Shown in pieces: positions 26,726-46,923 of a DNA stretch of 64,000 bases. A program made the position numbers and the translations under genes. The notes below the pieces were generated by a model that was given only the letters and a program-made list of their open reading frames with translations, made no database searches and had not been told where the DNA came from. The stretch is from Paraspadella gotoi (lineage: Eukaryota > Animalia > Chaetognatha). The stretch lies in NCBI GenBank assembly GCA_051294375.1, contig CM119263.1, positions 8,195,992-8,259,991 on the forward strand, read 5' to 3'. Positions within the stretch are counted from its first letter, which is position 1, and the number at the start of each line of letters is the position of its first letter.

Positions 26726-27237
26726 GAGTTTAATCACTTTCTCTTTTTTTTATTAATCATTTTATTCTCCTCACCCTTTTTTGTGAGAAACCAAACGCTC
26801 GAATAAACTTTTCCTTTTATTCTTCAGACTTATTCCTTCCTCCGTTAAAATTTCTTTCGTTTCCTCACAAATTCTTTCACATTTTTTTTTCCGGACATAA
26901 AGAACTTTTTCCGTCTTTTTCCCATCGCGAGCGAAAAAAATGTTAATCCGAATCTAATCTGTTTTGTCGAATAAAGAAAAAGAAAAAGAACTAAAAGCGT
27001 GGAATGCCTAAACAAAACCCTTGACCCCGAGACGTGACGTCGAGAAGTTACCTATTTTGTTTTCGTCGCTTCTCCTCGAGATGGATTCATGTATCATTCT
27101 CGGGGGTCTCTATCGTCTCTCTCCAGATCTTTCTCACACGGACCGTAGATCGATGGAGCGAGACGGATCTCTCTCAGGAATCTACTCCGCCACCTCGATG
27201 ATTAGTGCGTCTTTCTCTCTCTCTCTGCGTCTCTCCT

Positions 27238-27281
<44 letters not shown>

Positions 27282-27807
27282 CTCCTCATGCTCTCTCTCT
27301 CTCTCCTCTTCTCCACGTCCGTCTCATCTCGTCTCTTTCTATCATCTCTTCTCATCCTGTACTCTCTACCTCCTACTACGTCTCTCTCTCTCTCCGAGTC
27401 GTCTCTGACACTGACTCTCTCATCTCAAGTCTCTCTCTTCTCTCCCACACAAACGCCCCACAGCCGTGGGGCCTTTTGTTTTTTTTCGTCTTGTTTTCGT
27501 CTGGTCACCTGCGGAGGCATCACGTGATCGGCGTCCAAACGCTCTCTCGATCTCCGGACCCTCTAGCGGACGACGACGACCCCGACGATGCTGACCGCTT
27601 CGTCGAAACCGCTAATCTCTCCCTTCGGCGACGCCGATCCATTTGCCAAGCGAGTTTACGTCGAGGCGGCGGCCGACGCCGGTGGCCGACGCCGGCGGGC
27701 GATTCCAGGTTAATGGACGCCGGAGAGAAAAGTCATAAATCATCTCGGCGTCGATCTTCGACGATCATCGCCCTCATATGTGNNNNNNNNNNNNNNNNNN
27801 NNNNNNN

Positions 27808-29140
27808 TCCCACATTCCGCAAACCACACTATCTCCTCTTTTGCATGTTTGCGTATTGGACCAAATCCTTTGGACAGTCATGATAGCATGTGATTTACCG
27901 TAACAGGCCTATAGTTCAACACTATTGTTATGTCGGTTATAATAGAAATTTTAGTCCTTCAGCTATCATGTTCCTATCTTGCTTTTCTCTGTTTTTAGCA
28001 GTACAAGGTGACTTTAACATGTTTCACTGTTGGTTGATTCGTGATTGTCTCTGATTGGCCAGACGTAGTAGCTGCCCCTGGAGAGTTAACCTTCGCTCCT
28101 TCAGTTTCTCTACTATGTCGTCTGTTCAAAATATCTTTGTCAACTCCCCGAATTACAATTATTTGAGGGTCATTGATTTAGAGGACGGAAGACGGTGGTG
28201 TATGTAAACTGATATTTAAACTTTTGTCCCAATTTTCGGTTTAAGAAACGAGTTTAAAAGCCGCGTCATCTTTTCAAGCAAAAAGCAAATCTCCTTCCTT
28301 TGAGCACTTTTATTTCATCAATGTTAGAATTGCCTTTATAAGACTTGCTGTATTACCTCAGCTAGTTCTTTACGGCTGCGTGATCACTTCCGGGGCCCAG
28401 AGTATTGCGCTAGATATTGAACAGCCCATGACGTGATTTGCGTTGTCTTCAGTCTCTACCTCCGAGTTCCAGTTTTTCTGACCGGAATTGGCGTTTTTGG
28501 GCTTTTGCTTGCATTCGAGTTTGGAGACACCATCAGGTCGTCTAGTTACGTTTACGATGTCCAGTTTCAGAGTCTGGTGTGTCTTCTGTATTTCACACTT
28601 CACTTTTCTTTAACAGTTTTTAACAGTTGCTGATCAATTTTTAGTGCGGCTTAATTTCTTCGTCGAGATTACTTATATGTTCTTCAACCTTCAATTCCAG
28701 GTCAGCTTGTTTTGTGATTCGTTTTTTCTGACTGATTTGCCCGTGCGCGAAGCGTAGTCCGTGTGAATTACCTGATTTATTTTTGTGCTGGCAATTCCCA
28801 TGGCGGTCCTCCGCTGGACTCACCGAACCTTACCGAACTGAGTCTACCCAAGATTTAACGCTGTTTTATTAATTTGTTTATTTTCTTCTTCTTAAAACGT
28901 AAAGTAGTTAGCTCTGAGAACATTCTTTCACCAGTCTGCATTACGGGTGCGATCTGTATTATTTGGCCTTCTGTTTGGATATGTAGTAGAAATCCGCCCT
29001 TTTGTCGTGGGGTGCGCAAGAGCCCACACAGTTTTTATCTTTTTTTTTTAATGTTTAATGTTTTCTTTTCCCAAGTCCAAGAGTTTTCGGCAATAAAATT
29101 CAGATAACTATTCGAGCGTGCGTCCAGGTTTTCCGATCGT
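27808..29140 (-). mobile_element. Frameshifted 5' part (leader plus Gag-like ORF1) of a non-LTR retrotransposon, I/Jockey/R1-type ORF1
   Basis: Manual minus-strand translation across frameshifts gives a coiled-coil-like ELKVEEHISNLDEEIK (~28650-28697), NDPQIIVIRGVDKDI..DDIVEKLKE (~28095-28176), TNQPTVKHVKVTL (~28005-28043) and a zinc-knuckle region CYH(C)..GFG(H)..QTCKRGDSVVCGM (27808-27890). This order is typical of CCHC-type LINE ORF1. Truncated at the 25-N gap. Confidence 0.75.
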
Positions 29141-29584
29141 TAGAGAGAGAGAGATGAGAGAGGACGAGAGAGATGAGAGAGAGGGATCCGAAGCAAGAGA
29201 GAAAGAGAGAGAAGTGTGCCCGAGACGCTGACATGCGAGACTCGCGGACTCAGTATGATCAGTAAGTTGTCAAACTGCGGTGTCGTTTCTTGGGAAGAGC
29301 TAAAAGAGAGGTGGAGAGGGAGGAGAGAGATGAGAAGAGACAACGATACGGAAGACGATGAAAGGGAAAAGACCGACGTTCTCGACGACGACAACGACGA
29401 CGACGACGAAGACAACGACAACGACTACAACGACGACGATCAGGCTAAAGATGAAACCAAAAAAATTGTAGAAAACGATGCAAAAGCAGACGACGCCGTT
29501 CCAAGAAGTCAACCATATTTGCACTGACTACAACTCTGCACTTAGTGAGGATTTAACGACAAAGATATTGACGGCGACGACGTG

Positions 29585-29628
<44 letters not shown>

Positions 29629-30986
29629 CGACTAAAAGGACGACGACGACGTTGTTGACGACGTTGACGTCTGCTTTTGGAGCGGAACGTCACGCCCCCG
29701 TGGAGTTTTGGAATCAACTTTGACGAGGGTGGCAATCGAAGACTGTGAAAACGACTATGGCGACGACGATGGCAACTATTTTGACAATTTGGATGTCGAA
29801 TGCCGCTACTGAAATGGCAAAGCCAGTGTTTTAGTCGGGTGCCGTCACTGATATTTGTGTGAGAGCTCTCTCTCTCTCTCNNNNNNNNNNNNNNNNNNNN
29901 NNNNNNNNNNNNNNNNNNNNNNNNNNNNNNNNNNNNNNNNNNNNNNNNNNNNNNNNNNNNNNNNNNNNNNNNNNNNNNNNNNNNNNNNNNNNNNNNNNNN
30001 NNNTCTGTCTGTCTCTTTCTCTCACTGCTCTAGTGGTTTTCATAGTCGTCGTCGTTACGCTTGTTGCCATGGAGAAAACTGGGTTGGGCTTTGGTTAGAT
30101 TTGTGGCTGAGGAGAAACGAGAGAAAAATGGAAAGAGAAAGAGAAAAAGAAAAGAAAAAAAGAAAAAAGAAAAAGAAAATAGAAAAAGAAAAAGAAGATT
30201 GAGGAAAAGGGAAGATTTAACGGAAACAGTGAGCCCGAGCTGTTGTTGCTGATTCAGTGAGGTACAGTGAGAGGCGAAAGTTTTAAAACGGTGGTTCTGG
30301 GATATACGCATTCACTGTGAATGTTACTTATGAACAGACATTGGTTTTCTTACAGTTTTTGACAAGTTTGAGAGGTTTGTTTTTTGAGCTTGAAAAATTA
30401 ATACGCTTGAGCAAAGTTCACTTTAGTGTAAAAAACAATTATTATTAACTAAAAATACTTTTAAAAAAATATTAACTCTAAAGTGAGAAATAAAAAAGAG
30501 ACGGTAAGAGAGAGAGAAAAAAAATGAGCAGAGAACGAGTTAATGAAGAGGCAAAGTGTAAAAGGACGGGGAGAAAATGAAAAGGGCGAACGAAAAGAGA
30601 TGAGGAAAGGAAAGGACTGTATTTCGTCGAAAACCCTTTTCCCTCTGCTCAAAGTCAAAAGGGAAAAGAAAAAAAAAGGAAAAAAAAAAAGAAAAAGCGA
30701 ATCGCCCAAAGGAAAAGATTCGGCGGAAGGAATGAGTTAAAACAGGAAAAGAAAAAAAAAAGAAGGAAAAAAAAATGAAAGGGGGGGACCTGGGGGGGAA
30801 AACGAAGATTCGAGCTTTTTAAAAAAGAAAAAGAAAAAGAAAAAAAGAGAAAAGAAAAGAAAAGATTCTTCGCCTGCATTCGAGCTTAAACGCGCGAGCT
30901 GAACGGAGATTCAGTAAGAAGCTGGACGTCGGCACAGTCGACTGTTGACAGTCCGGGGAAGTTCACCCCGGTGAGGTCTCTCTCTC

Positions 30987-31081
<95 letters not shown>

Positions 31082-31654
31082 ATCTTTATAATACTGTTTC
31101 GCTATACCGCTCCTCTTTTTCTATCTTTCCCTCACTCTCTCTCGCATGCAAATTTATTTGAGTTTAGAATTTTCTTATGTAGATCCAGGGATCTGTTTGG
31201 AGCGGCGTCCTTTCCCTTCCTCTCTCTTTCCTCTGATCTCTCTCTCCCACTTTCGAGGAAGTCAGCGTCTTTCCCCGTCACTCCCTCAATTTTTATGGAC
31301 AAATTTGTCATATTTCCCTGTCATTGTCAAATGTCAAATTTCGTTAAATTTTAAATTTTTTTAATTATCTTATCTTTCTTCATTCCTAGCTTTTCTTATC
31401 GGTCTTCTACTCTTCTTTAATAACTCACTTCTCTTTCCTCATTCTCCTCTCCTTATTCTCTTTTCCTTTCTCTTCCCCCTTTTTATTTTCCTTCTCTGAT
31501 CTCTACCCATTTTTTCTCCCCTAAGCGAGGATTTGTTCCTTTTCCTCGCAGCCCTCTACTTTATTCCGCTCTATCCACTACCATTAAATATCCTCGTCTT
31601 CCATGAACTCTCTCTCTCTCTCTCTCTCTNNNNNNNNNNNNNNNNNNNNNNNNN

Positions 31655-32428
31655 TTTTTAAATTTAATGTTTTATCCAGTCCTCGGCCAGATAACAGGAC
31701 ACCTTAATAACTATGCTTGGATCTTTTTTATATAATTTTTTTTCTTAGGGACCACTGCCTTGTGCCCAGGCCCCTCGGCTTTGGGAGGAGTCTACCCCTA
31801 TACACGCCCTTAATCGTGGAGGGAGTCTACCCTATACACGCCCCTGGACGTGGAGGTCGTGTTTCAAAATGAAACTAATTTTGAGGAAGTAGTTTATCGA
31901 GAGGAAATCCTGGGACTCGTTGCTGGTTTATGATGCGAAAGATAATGGCAGGATAGCGAAATAATAAGGGCAGGATAGAGAAAAGATAAAGGGGGATAGA
32001 GAAATGATAAAGGGCAGATAGAGAAAAGATAAAGGGCAGGATAAAGAAATGCTAAAGGGCAGGATAGAGAAATGATAAAGGGCAGGATAGAGAAAAAGAT
32101 AAAGGGCAGGATAAAGAAATGCTAAAGGCAGGATAGAGAAATGATAAAGGGCAGGATAGAGATAGATAACGTCAGGATAGAGAAATGCTAAAGGACAGGA
32201 TAGAGAAGATGGAGACTATTAAAGAGGGAAGATTTTTTACGTATGAAGAATGATGGGGATGGATAGGGAAAGGAAATAATTGAGGGGTCGGGGTGAAGGA
32301 GTTGGGTCTTTTATGGAACGAGACACTCGCGCCCTTCCATCGGAGATTTTTATCACACGCATTAAAATCAGGGGCTGCGTAAAATTGTTTTCGGATCCGT
32401 TGCTTCTTCGTCTAGACACTGCGTGTTG

Positions 32429-32494
<66 letters not shown>

Positions 32495-32721
32495 TCTCTC
32501 TCTCTCTCTCTCTTTCCTTTTTTTTTTCCAACTGGGTCTTTTGTTGTTTTATCGTCTGTAATCTCTCTTTTTCTATACTAATCACCTCTCTATGCCTCTC
32601 TATTCATTCGGTCTCAGCCTCGAAAAAGAAGACTCCTGTGACAGAGAAAACATCTCGCCGTAGTGGCATTTGCGCTCTGGTGCTGTTTATTATTTACTGG
32701 GGAATATCTAACTCTATTAGA

Positions 32722-32784
<63 letters not shown>

Positions 32785-33021
32785 CTCTCTCTTTCTCTTT
32801 CTCTCTCTCTCTCTCTCCATCTTAATTCGAAGCTGCACTATCTCAGCAAACGACGTTTTATCTCCATTTTCGTTTTGTTTGTTTATTGTTTTATCGCATC
32901 GAAAATAGTGTCGGCAGGATATCACTCTTCTCACCTGGGGCCGATATCACCAGCTCTGTTTTCCTTTGCTTGGGTTCTGTTGTGTGCTTGACGTAGCATA
33001 GAGAGAGTGAGAGAGAGAGAC

Positions 33022-33097
<76 letters not shown>

Positions 33098-34223
33098 TTT
33101 TTATATAGTAGTTAAGGTAAAAAAAAACTTATAAGAAATAAATCCAAGACTTCACATGAAGGTAGTTTTTAAAATGATATTTCCTATGTAAAAAAAAATA
33201 GAGAGTCTCCATGATTTCCGGAATCGCACATTGAGACGTAGTTACATCCGCCACTACCCGTATATGATTGTCCGGAGGGAAAGTTCTTGCTTTGAGAAGG
33301 AACGTGAGAGAGAGAAGTGAAGTGAAGTGAAGAGAAGAGAAGAGAAGAGAAGAGAAGAGAGAGAGTAGAGAAGAGAAGAAAGAGAAGAGAGAGAAGAGAA
33401 GGGAAGTGAAGTGAAGAAGAGAAGAGAAGAGAAGAGAAGAGAAGAGAGAGTAGAGAAGAGAAGAGAGAGAAGAGAAGAGAAGAGAAGAGAAGAGAATTGA
33501 AGAGGCCACATAAAAAAAAAAAATGGTTAGGGAGAACAGAAAAAGAAAAAAAACTATTTCTAAAGCGAGGACTGCCCTTCACCCTTCCTCTCCTTTTAAC
33601 CGCGCTGTGTGAGAAAAGGATCTCTTCGTCTCTGTCTCTGTCTGACTCTCTTCGTCCGTGTCCTCTAGGTTTCGTCCCCGAGAGCGAGAGTCTACATTCC
33701 TGTCGAACGACCTGAGGCGATTAAGAAAAATCATCTCCTTGGAGGTCGCAGATGTTTTCCCGTCGGTTATCATCTGTTTCATCGACTCGAATCATCTTCT
33801 TCATCTGTCGTTATTCATTCGCATCATGGTCGTCAAATAATATCGTCTTTCTGCTTTCTAGTCTTCTGCTTAAATATCACAAGATAACGATTATCGTATA
33901 TTACTGTATCGAGTCATCTTTTTGATGTTAATCCGTTTCTTAGCTATGTAGTTAGTCGTTCAATCTATAAATAATAATCCGTTATCGCCCGTTGCTGATT
34001 CGACTTTTTTTTGGGGGGGGCCAACCGATTTTTGTATTAAATATATAAGTATAACAACGAAGCCGCGAAAGAGATTTAACAGGAGGGTGAGTTATTTTGT
34101 ATTTTCGCAGCCTATAACGGAAAGGCGTTGAATGTCCACGGAACATAAATTTTCTCTCTTTTTTTTTCTCTCTGCCAAAATTATTCAAATTTTTCAGACT
34201 TCACCTGGTCGTAAACGTTATTT

Positions 34224-34268
<45 letters not shown>

Positions 34269-35419
34269 TCTCTCTCTCTCTCTCCTCTTTTCCCCCTCCT
34301 CCCCCTACCTCATCTTTTCTCCCTTGCCTCATTAACTCTTCCATAATGAGTCCGCGGCGATGGGCGTTCCCCAGTTCGCAGGCACGAGTCAGATCGTCGT
34401 CGTCGTCCGGCGTCGTGTCGTCGTCGTCGTCGTCGTCGTCGTCGTGTCGTCGTCCTCGTCGTCGTCGTCGTGTCGTCATCAACGTCATTATTTACGCCAT
34501 AAATTCGACGACGACGAGGACGACGATGATGAAGATGATAATCCAGTTAATGGTAATGGTGATAATTGTCACTGTTTAAATGGGTGAGCGTCTTAATCGA
34601 GTCACTAATTAACCCAAAAAAAAAGTTGAAAAAAGAAGTCCAATAAGTTGACGTCCCAATGCTGCTATTTTCAGAAGATCGAGTATTTATTTGCTCCTCC
34701 AAAATCTTACTATTTTTGTGAGCTATATGTTGTCGGCATGGCAAAGTTCACCCCGCCTCTTTAGCATGACACCTTCAGTCGTGACCCGGTGGCTCATTGA
34801 CTAAAGCCATCAGCTATGACCACTAGGTACCGGGTGCAATCCCAACCGGTACTACTCTGTGGGAAAGCGTGAGGACGGCCGTAAGCCGCCTTGGGGGCGT
34901 GGAAAACCCTCAAGCCTGGTCCAAGCCCAGCCCGTTCCATAGCTGCTAGAGGGGGTTATAGAAGTTACGGATAGTCATCTTCATCCCACTTAGCGCTTAT
35001 CCACATATATTTGAGTTTAATCACTTTCTCTTTTTTTTATTATCATTTTATTCTCCTCACCCTTTTTTGTGAGAAACCAAACGCTCGAATAAACTTTTCC
35101 TTTTATTCTTCAGACTTATTCTTCCTCCGTTAAAATTTCTTTCGTTTCCTCACAAAATTCTTCATATTTTTTTTCCGGACATAAAGAACTTTTCCGTCTT
35201 TTTCCCATCGCGAGCGAAAAAAATGTTAATCGAATCTAAATCTGTTTTGTCGAATAAAGAAAAAGAAAAAGAACTAAAAGCGTGAATGCCTAACAAAACC
35301 CTTGACCCCGAGACGTGACGTCGAGAAAGTTACCTATTTTTGTTTTTCGTCGCTTCTCCTCGAGATGGATTCATGTATATTCTCAGGGGGTCTCTATCTC
35401 TCTCTCTCTCTCTCTTCCT

Positions 35420-35483
<64 letters not shown>

Positions 35484-35826
35484 TCCCACACAACGCCCCC
35501 CCACCGCGTGGGGCCTTTTGTTTTTTTTTTTTCGTCTTGTTTTCGTTGGTCACCTGCGGAGCATCACGTGATCGGCGTCCAAACGCTCTCTCGATCTCCG
35601 GACCCTCTAGCGGACGACGACGACCCCGACGATGCTGACCGCTTCGTCGAAAACGCTAACTCTCCCTTCGGCGACGCCGATCCATTTGCCAAGCGAGTTA
35701 CGTCGAGGCGGCGCCGACGCCGGTGGCCGACGCCGGCGGGCGATTCCAGGTTAATGGACGCCGGAGAGAAAAGGCTAAATCATCCGGCGTCGATCTTCGA
35801 CGATCATCGCCCTCATATGTGTCTCT

Positions 35827-35892
<66 letters not shown>

Positions 35893-36484
35893 CTCCTCTC
35901 TCCTCTCTCTCTCTCTCTCTTTCTCATTCGTCCGCTCTCATTGGCTTTGATGATGACAGCATCAGTGACGATACGGAAGACGATGAAAGGGAAAAGACCG
36001 ACGTTCTCGACGACGACAACGACGACGACGACGAAGACAACGACAACGACTACAACGACGACGATCAGGCTAAAGATGAAACCAAAAAAATTGTTAGAAA
36101 ACGACGCAAAAGCAGACGACGCCGTTCCAAGAAAGTCAACCATATTTGCACTGACTAAACTCTGCACTTAGTGAGGATTTAACGACAAAGATATTGACGG
36201 CGACGACGTGGACGACGACGACGACGACGACGACGACTAAGAGGACGACGACGACTAAGAGGACGAAGACGACGTTGTTGACGACGTTGACGTCTGCTTT
36301 TGGAGCGGAACGTCACGCCCCCGTGAGTTTGGAATCGACTTTGACGAGGGTGGCAATCGAAGACTGTGAAAACGACTATGCGACGACGATGGCAACTATT
36401 TGACAATTTGGATGTCGAATGCCGCTACTGAAATGGCAAAGCCAGTGTTTTAGTCGGGTGCCGTCACTGATATTTGTGTGAGAG

Positions 36485-36565
<81 letters not shown>

Positions 36566-37552
36566 GTCTGTCTCTTTCTCTCACTGCTCTAGTGGTTTCA
36601 TAGTCGTCGTCGTTACGCTTGTTGCCATGGAGAAAACTGGGTTGGGCTTTGGTTAGATTTGTGGCTGAGAGAAACGAGAGAAAAATGGAAAGAGAAAGAG
36701 AAAAAGAAAAGAAAAAAAAAAAAAGAAAAAAGAAAAAGAAAATAGAAAAAGAAAAGAAGATTGAGGAAAAAGGGAAGATTTAACGGAAACAGTGAGCCCG
36801 AGCTGTTGTTGCTGATTCAGTGAGGTACAGTGAGAGGCGAAAGTTTTTAAAACGGTGGTTCTGGGATATACGCATTCATGTGAATGTAACTTATGACAGA
36901 CATTGGTTTTCTTACAGTTTTGACAAGTTTGAGAGGTTGTTTTTGAGCTTGAAAAATTAATACGCTTGAGCAAAGTTCACTTTAGTGTAAAAAACAATTA
37001 TTATTAACTAAAAATACTTTTTAAAAAAATATTAACTCTAAAGTGAGAAATAAAAAAGAGACGGTAAGAGAGAGAGAAAAAAAATGAGCAGAGAACGAGT
37101 TAATGAAGAGGCAAAGTGTAAAAGGACGGGGAGAAAATGAAAAGGGCGAACGAAAAGAGATGAGGAAAGGAAAGGACTGTATTTCGTCGAAAACCCTTTT
37201 CCCTCTGCTCAAAGTCAAAAGGGAAAAGAAAAAAAAAGGAAAAAAAAAAAGAAAAAGCGAATCGCCCAAAGGAAAAGATTCGGCGGAAGGAATGAGTTAA
37301 AACAGGAAAAGAAAAAAAAAAGAAGGAAAAAAAAATGAAAGGGGGGGACCTGGGGGGGAAAACGAAGATTCGAGCTTTTTAAAAAAGAAAAAGAAAAAGA
37401 AAAAAAGAGAAAGAAAAGAAAAAGATTCTTCGCCTGCATTCGAGCTTAAACGCGCGAGCTGAACGGAGATTCAGTAAGAAGCTGGACGTCGGCACAGTCG
37501 ACTGTTGACAGTCCGGGGAAGTTCACCCGGTGAGGTCTCTCTCTCTCTCTAT

Positions 37553-37605
<53 letters not shown>

Positions 37606-38127
37606 ATCTTTATAATACTGTTTCGCTATACCGCTCCTCTTTTTCTATCTTTCCCTCACTCTCTCTCGCATGCAAATTTATTTGAGTTTAGAATTTTCTT
37701 ATGTAGATCCAGGGATCTGTTTGGAGCGGCGTCCTTTCCCTTCCTCTCTCTTTCCTCTGATCTCTCTCTCCCACTTTCGAGGAAGTCAGCGTCTTTCCCG
37801 TCACTCCCTCAATTTTTATGGACAAATTTGTCATATTTCCCTGTCATTGTCAAATGTCTAATTTCGTTAAATTTTAAATTTTTTTAATTATCTTATCTTT
37901 CTTCATTCCTAGCTTTTCTTATCGTCTTCTACTCTTCTTTAATAACTCACTTCTCTTTCCTCATTCTCCTCTCCTTATTCTCTTTCCTTTCTCTTCCCCC
38001 TTTTATTTTCCTTCTCTGATCTCTACCCATTTTTTCTCCCCTAAGCGAGGATTTGTTCCTTTTCCTCGCAGCCCTCTACTTTATTCCGCTCTATCCACTA
38101 CCATTAAATATCCTCGTCTTCATGAAC

Positions 38128-38150
<23 letters not shown>
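31655..38150 (+). repeat. Tandem segmental duplication, copy B (partner 23289-31629)
   Basis: Starts immediately after the 25-N gap 31630-31654. It is gap-free, differs from copy A mostly by 1-bp indels, and lacks the LINE block. Confidence 0.97.
34783..35012 (+). mobile_element. tRNA-derived SINE, second copy within the duplicated segment
   Basis: Same sequence as 26490-26725 with small deletions. Confidence 0.6.
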
Positions 38151-38179
<29 letters not shown>

Positions 38180-38192
38180 CTTCTCTCTCTCT

Positions 38193-38226
<34 letters not shown>

Positions 38227-38783
38227 CCTGTTTCAAGGACGGCCTTGCAGTCCTAGGCTAATCTCCGAGGACTACATTCTTGCCGCTTGATGTTTTGTAT
38301 CAAATATATGGACCATAGCAAAAAAAAGATGCTCATTTGCATAAAGTTGTATCCTTATTTCAAATAACTACACAAGTAATTTTTTTCATTTCTTTTAATT
38401 TCTTTCAAAAACGTTCATAGTAACAAACAAGCTTAACTTATGTTTTTTAAAAGTAATATATAGCGTGGGTGTGAATGATGATGGGAATTTGTGGGGCAAA
38501 CGGAGCTTAAAGAAATCCCGTTTCTATTTACTTTTTCAAATAGACCGTGAGAATTTTAGGGGAAAAAGATTTTTCGCTAGGGTATGTCTAAAACGGTGGA
38601 ACCTCGCGTTTTCTCGCTTTCTTTGGTGCTCTGTCTCTATCGCTCTCACTATCGGCCTTTCTTCTCTCTCTCTTTCTCTACTCCGTCTTCGTTTGATTAA
38701 GTTTCTTCTTCCTTTTTTCTTTCATTTTCTTTTTCTCTTCCTTTCTTCCTTCCTCCTAGTCTCTCTCTCTCACTTGTCTTTTA

Positions 38784-38887
<104 letters not shown>

Positions 38888-39169
38888 CCTCCAACTCAAA
38901 AAAAGTCTCCTCATCAATTCCCGCGCAATCGTTGTTCTTTTGTTTCTGTTCATCGGCGCATCAATTATGAGGCTCTTTACTCCAGAGGCGCTGAAAGGGA
39001 GGGTGATAGAGGCTTTGGGAGCGAAAGAGTGAACGGGGCATTGTGATCAAAGCCTTTCGAGAGAATGGGGATCAAGTTGTTGTTGTTCGTGTGATTGGGA
39101 CGATGGGGTGAAATTTATTAATTCGGTGAATGGACGAAATGATATCCGTATTAACGGGAGAGGCAGTTT

Positions 39170-46740
<7,571 letters not shown>

Positions 46741-46892
46741 ATGCTCTCCATCTCTTNNNNNNNNNNNNNNNNNNNNNNNNNGCGGTTGCAATGAAACGAT
46801 GTCACATTTGCCATTTTTTTGCGTGCCATTCGTATCGTATCAAAGAGCCATACATCATGCCATCGTTTCCACCAAGCTGCGTTTAGGAGGGA

Positions 46893-46923
<31 letters not shown>

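Larger units (their letters stand above)
23289..31629 (+). repeat. Tandem segmental duplication, copy A (partner 31655-38150)
   Basis: Collinear with copy B from aatttaatgttttatccagtcctcggccag to ccattaaatatcctcgtctt. Copy A has four sized N-gaps plus an extra ~1.5 kb block at 27783-29340. Confidence 0.97.

Noticed and set aside
27110-27420. Unique-looking insert within a (CT)n tract in copy A only (similar patch at 16925-17160)
   Set aside because: It is absent from copy B and embedded in degraded microsatellite, which is most consistent with low-quality read sequence used for gap filling.
30407-30428. ttgagcaaagtt resembling the 5' end of miR-87
   Set aside because: The similarity stops after about 12 nt and there is no convincing precursor hairpin.
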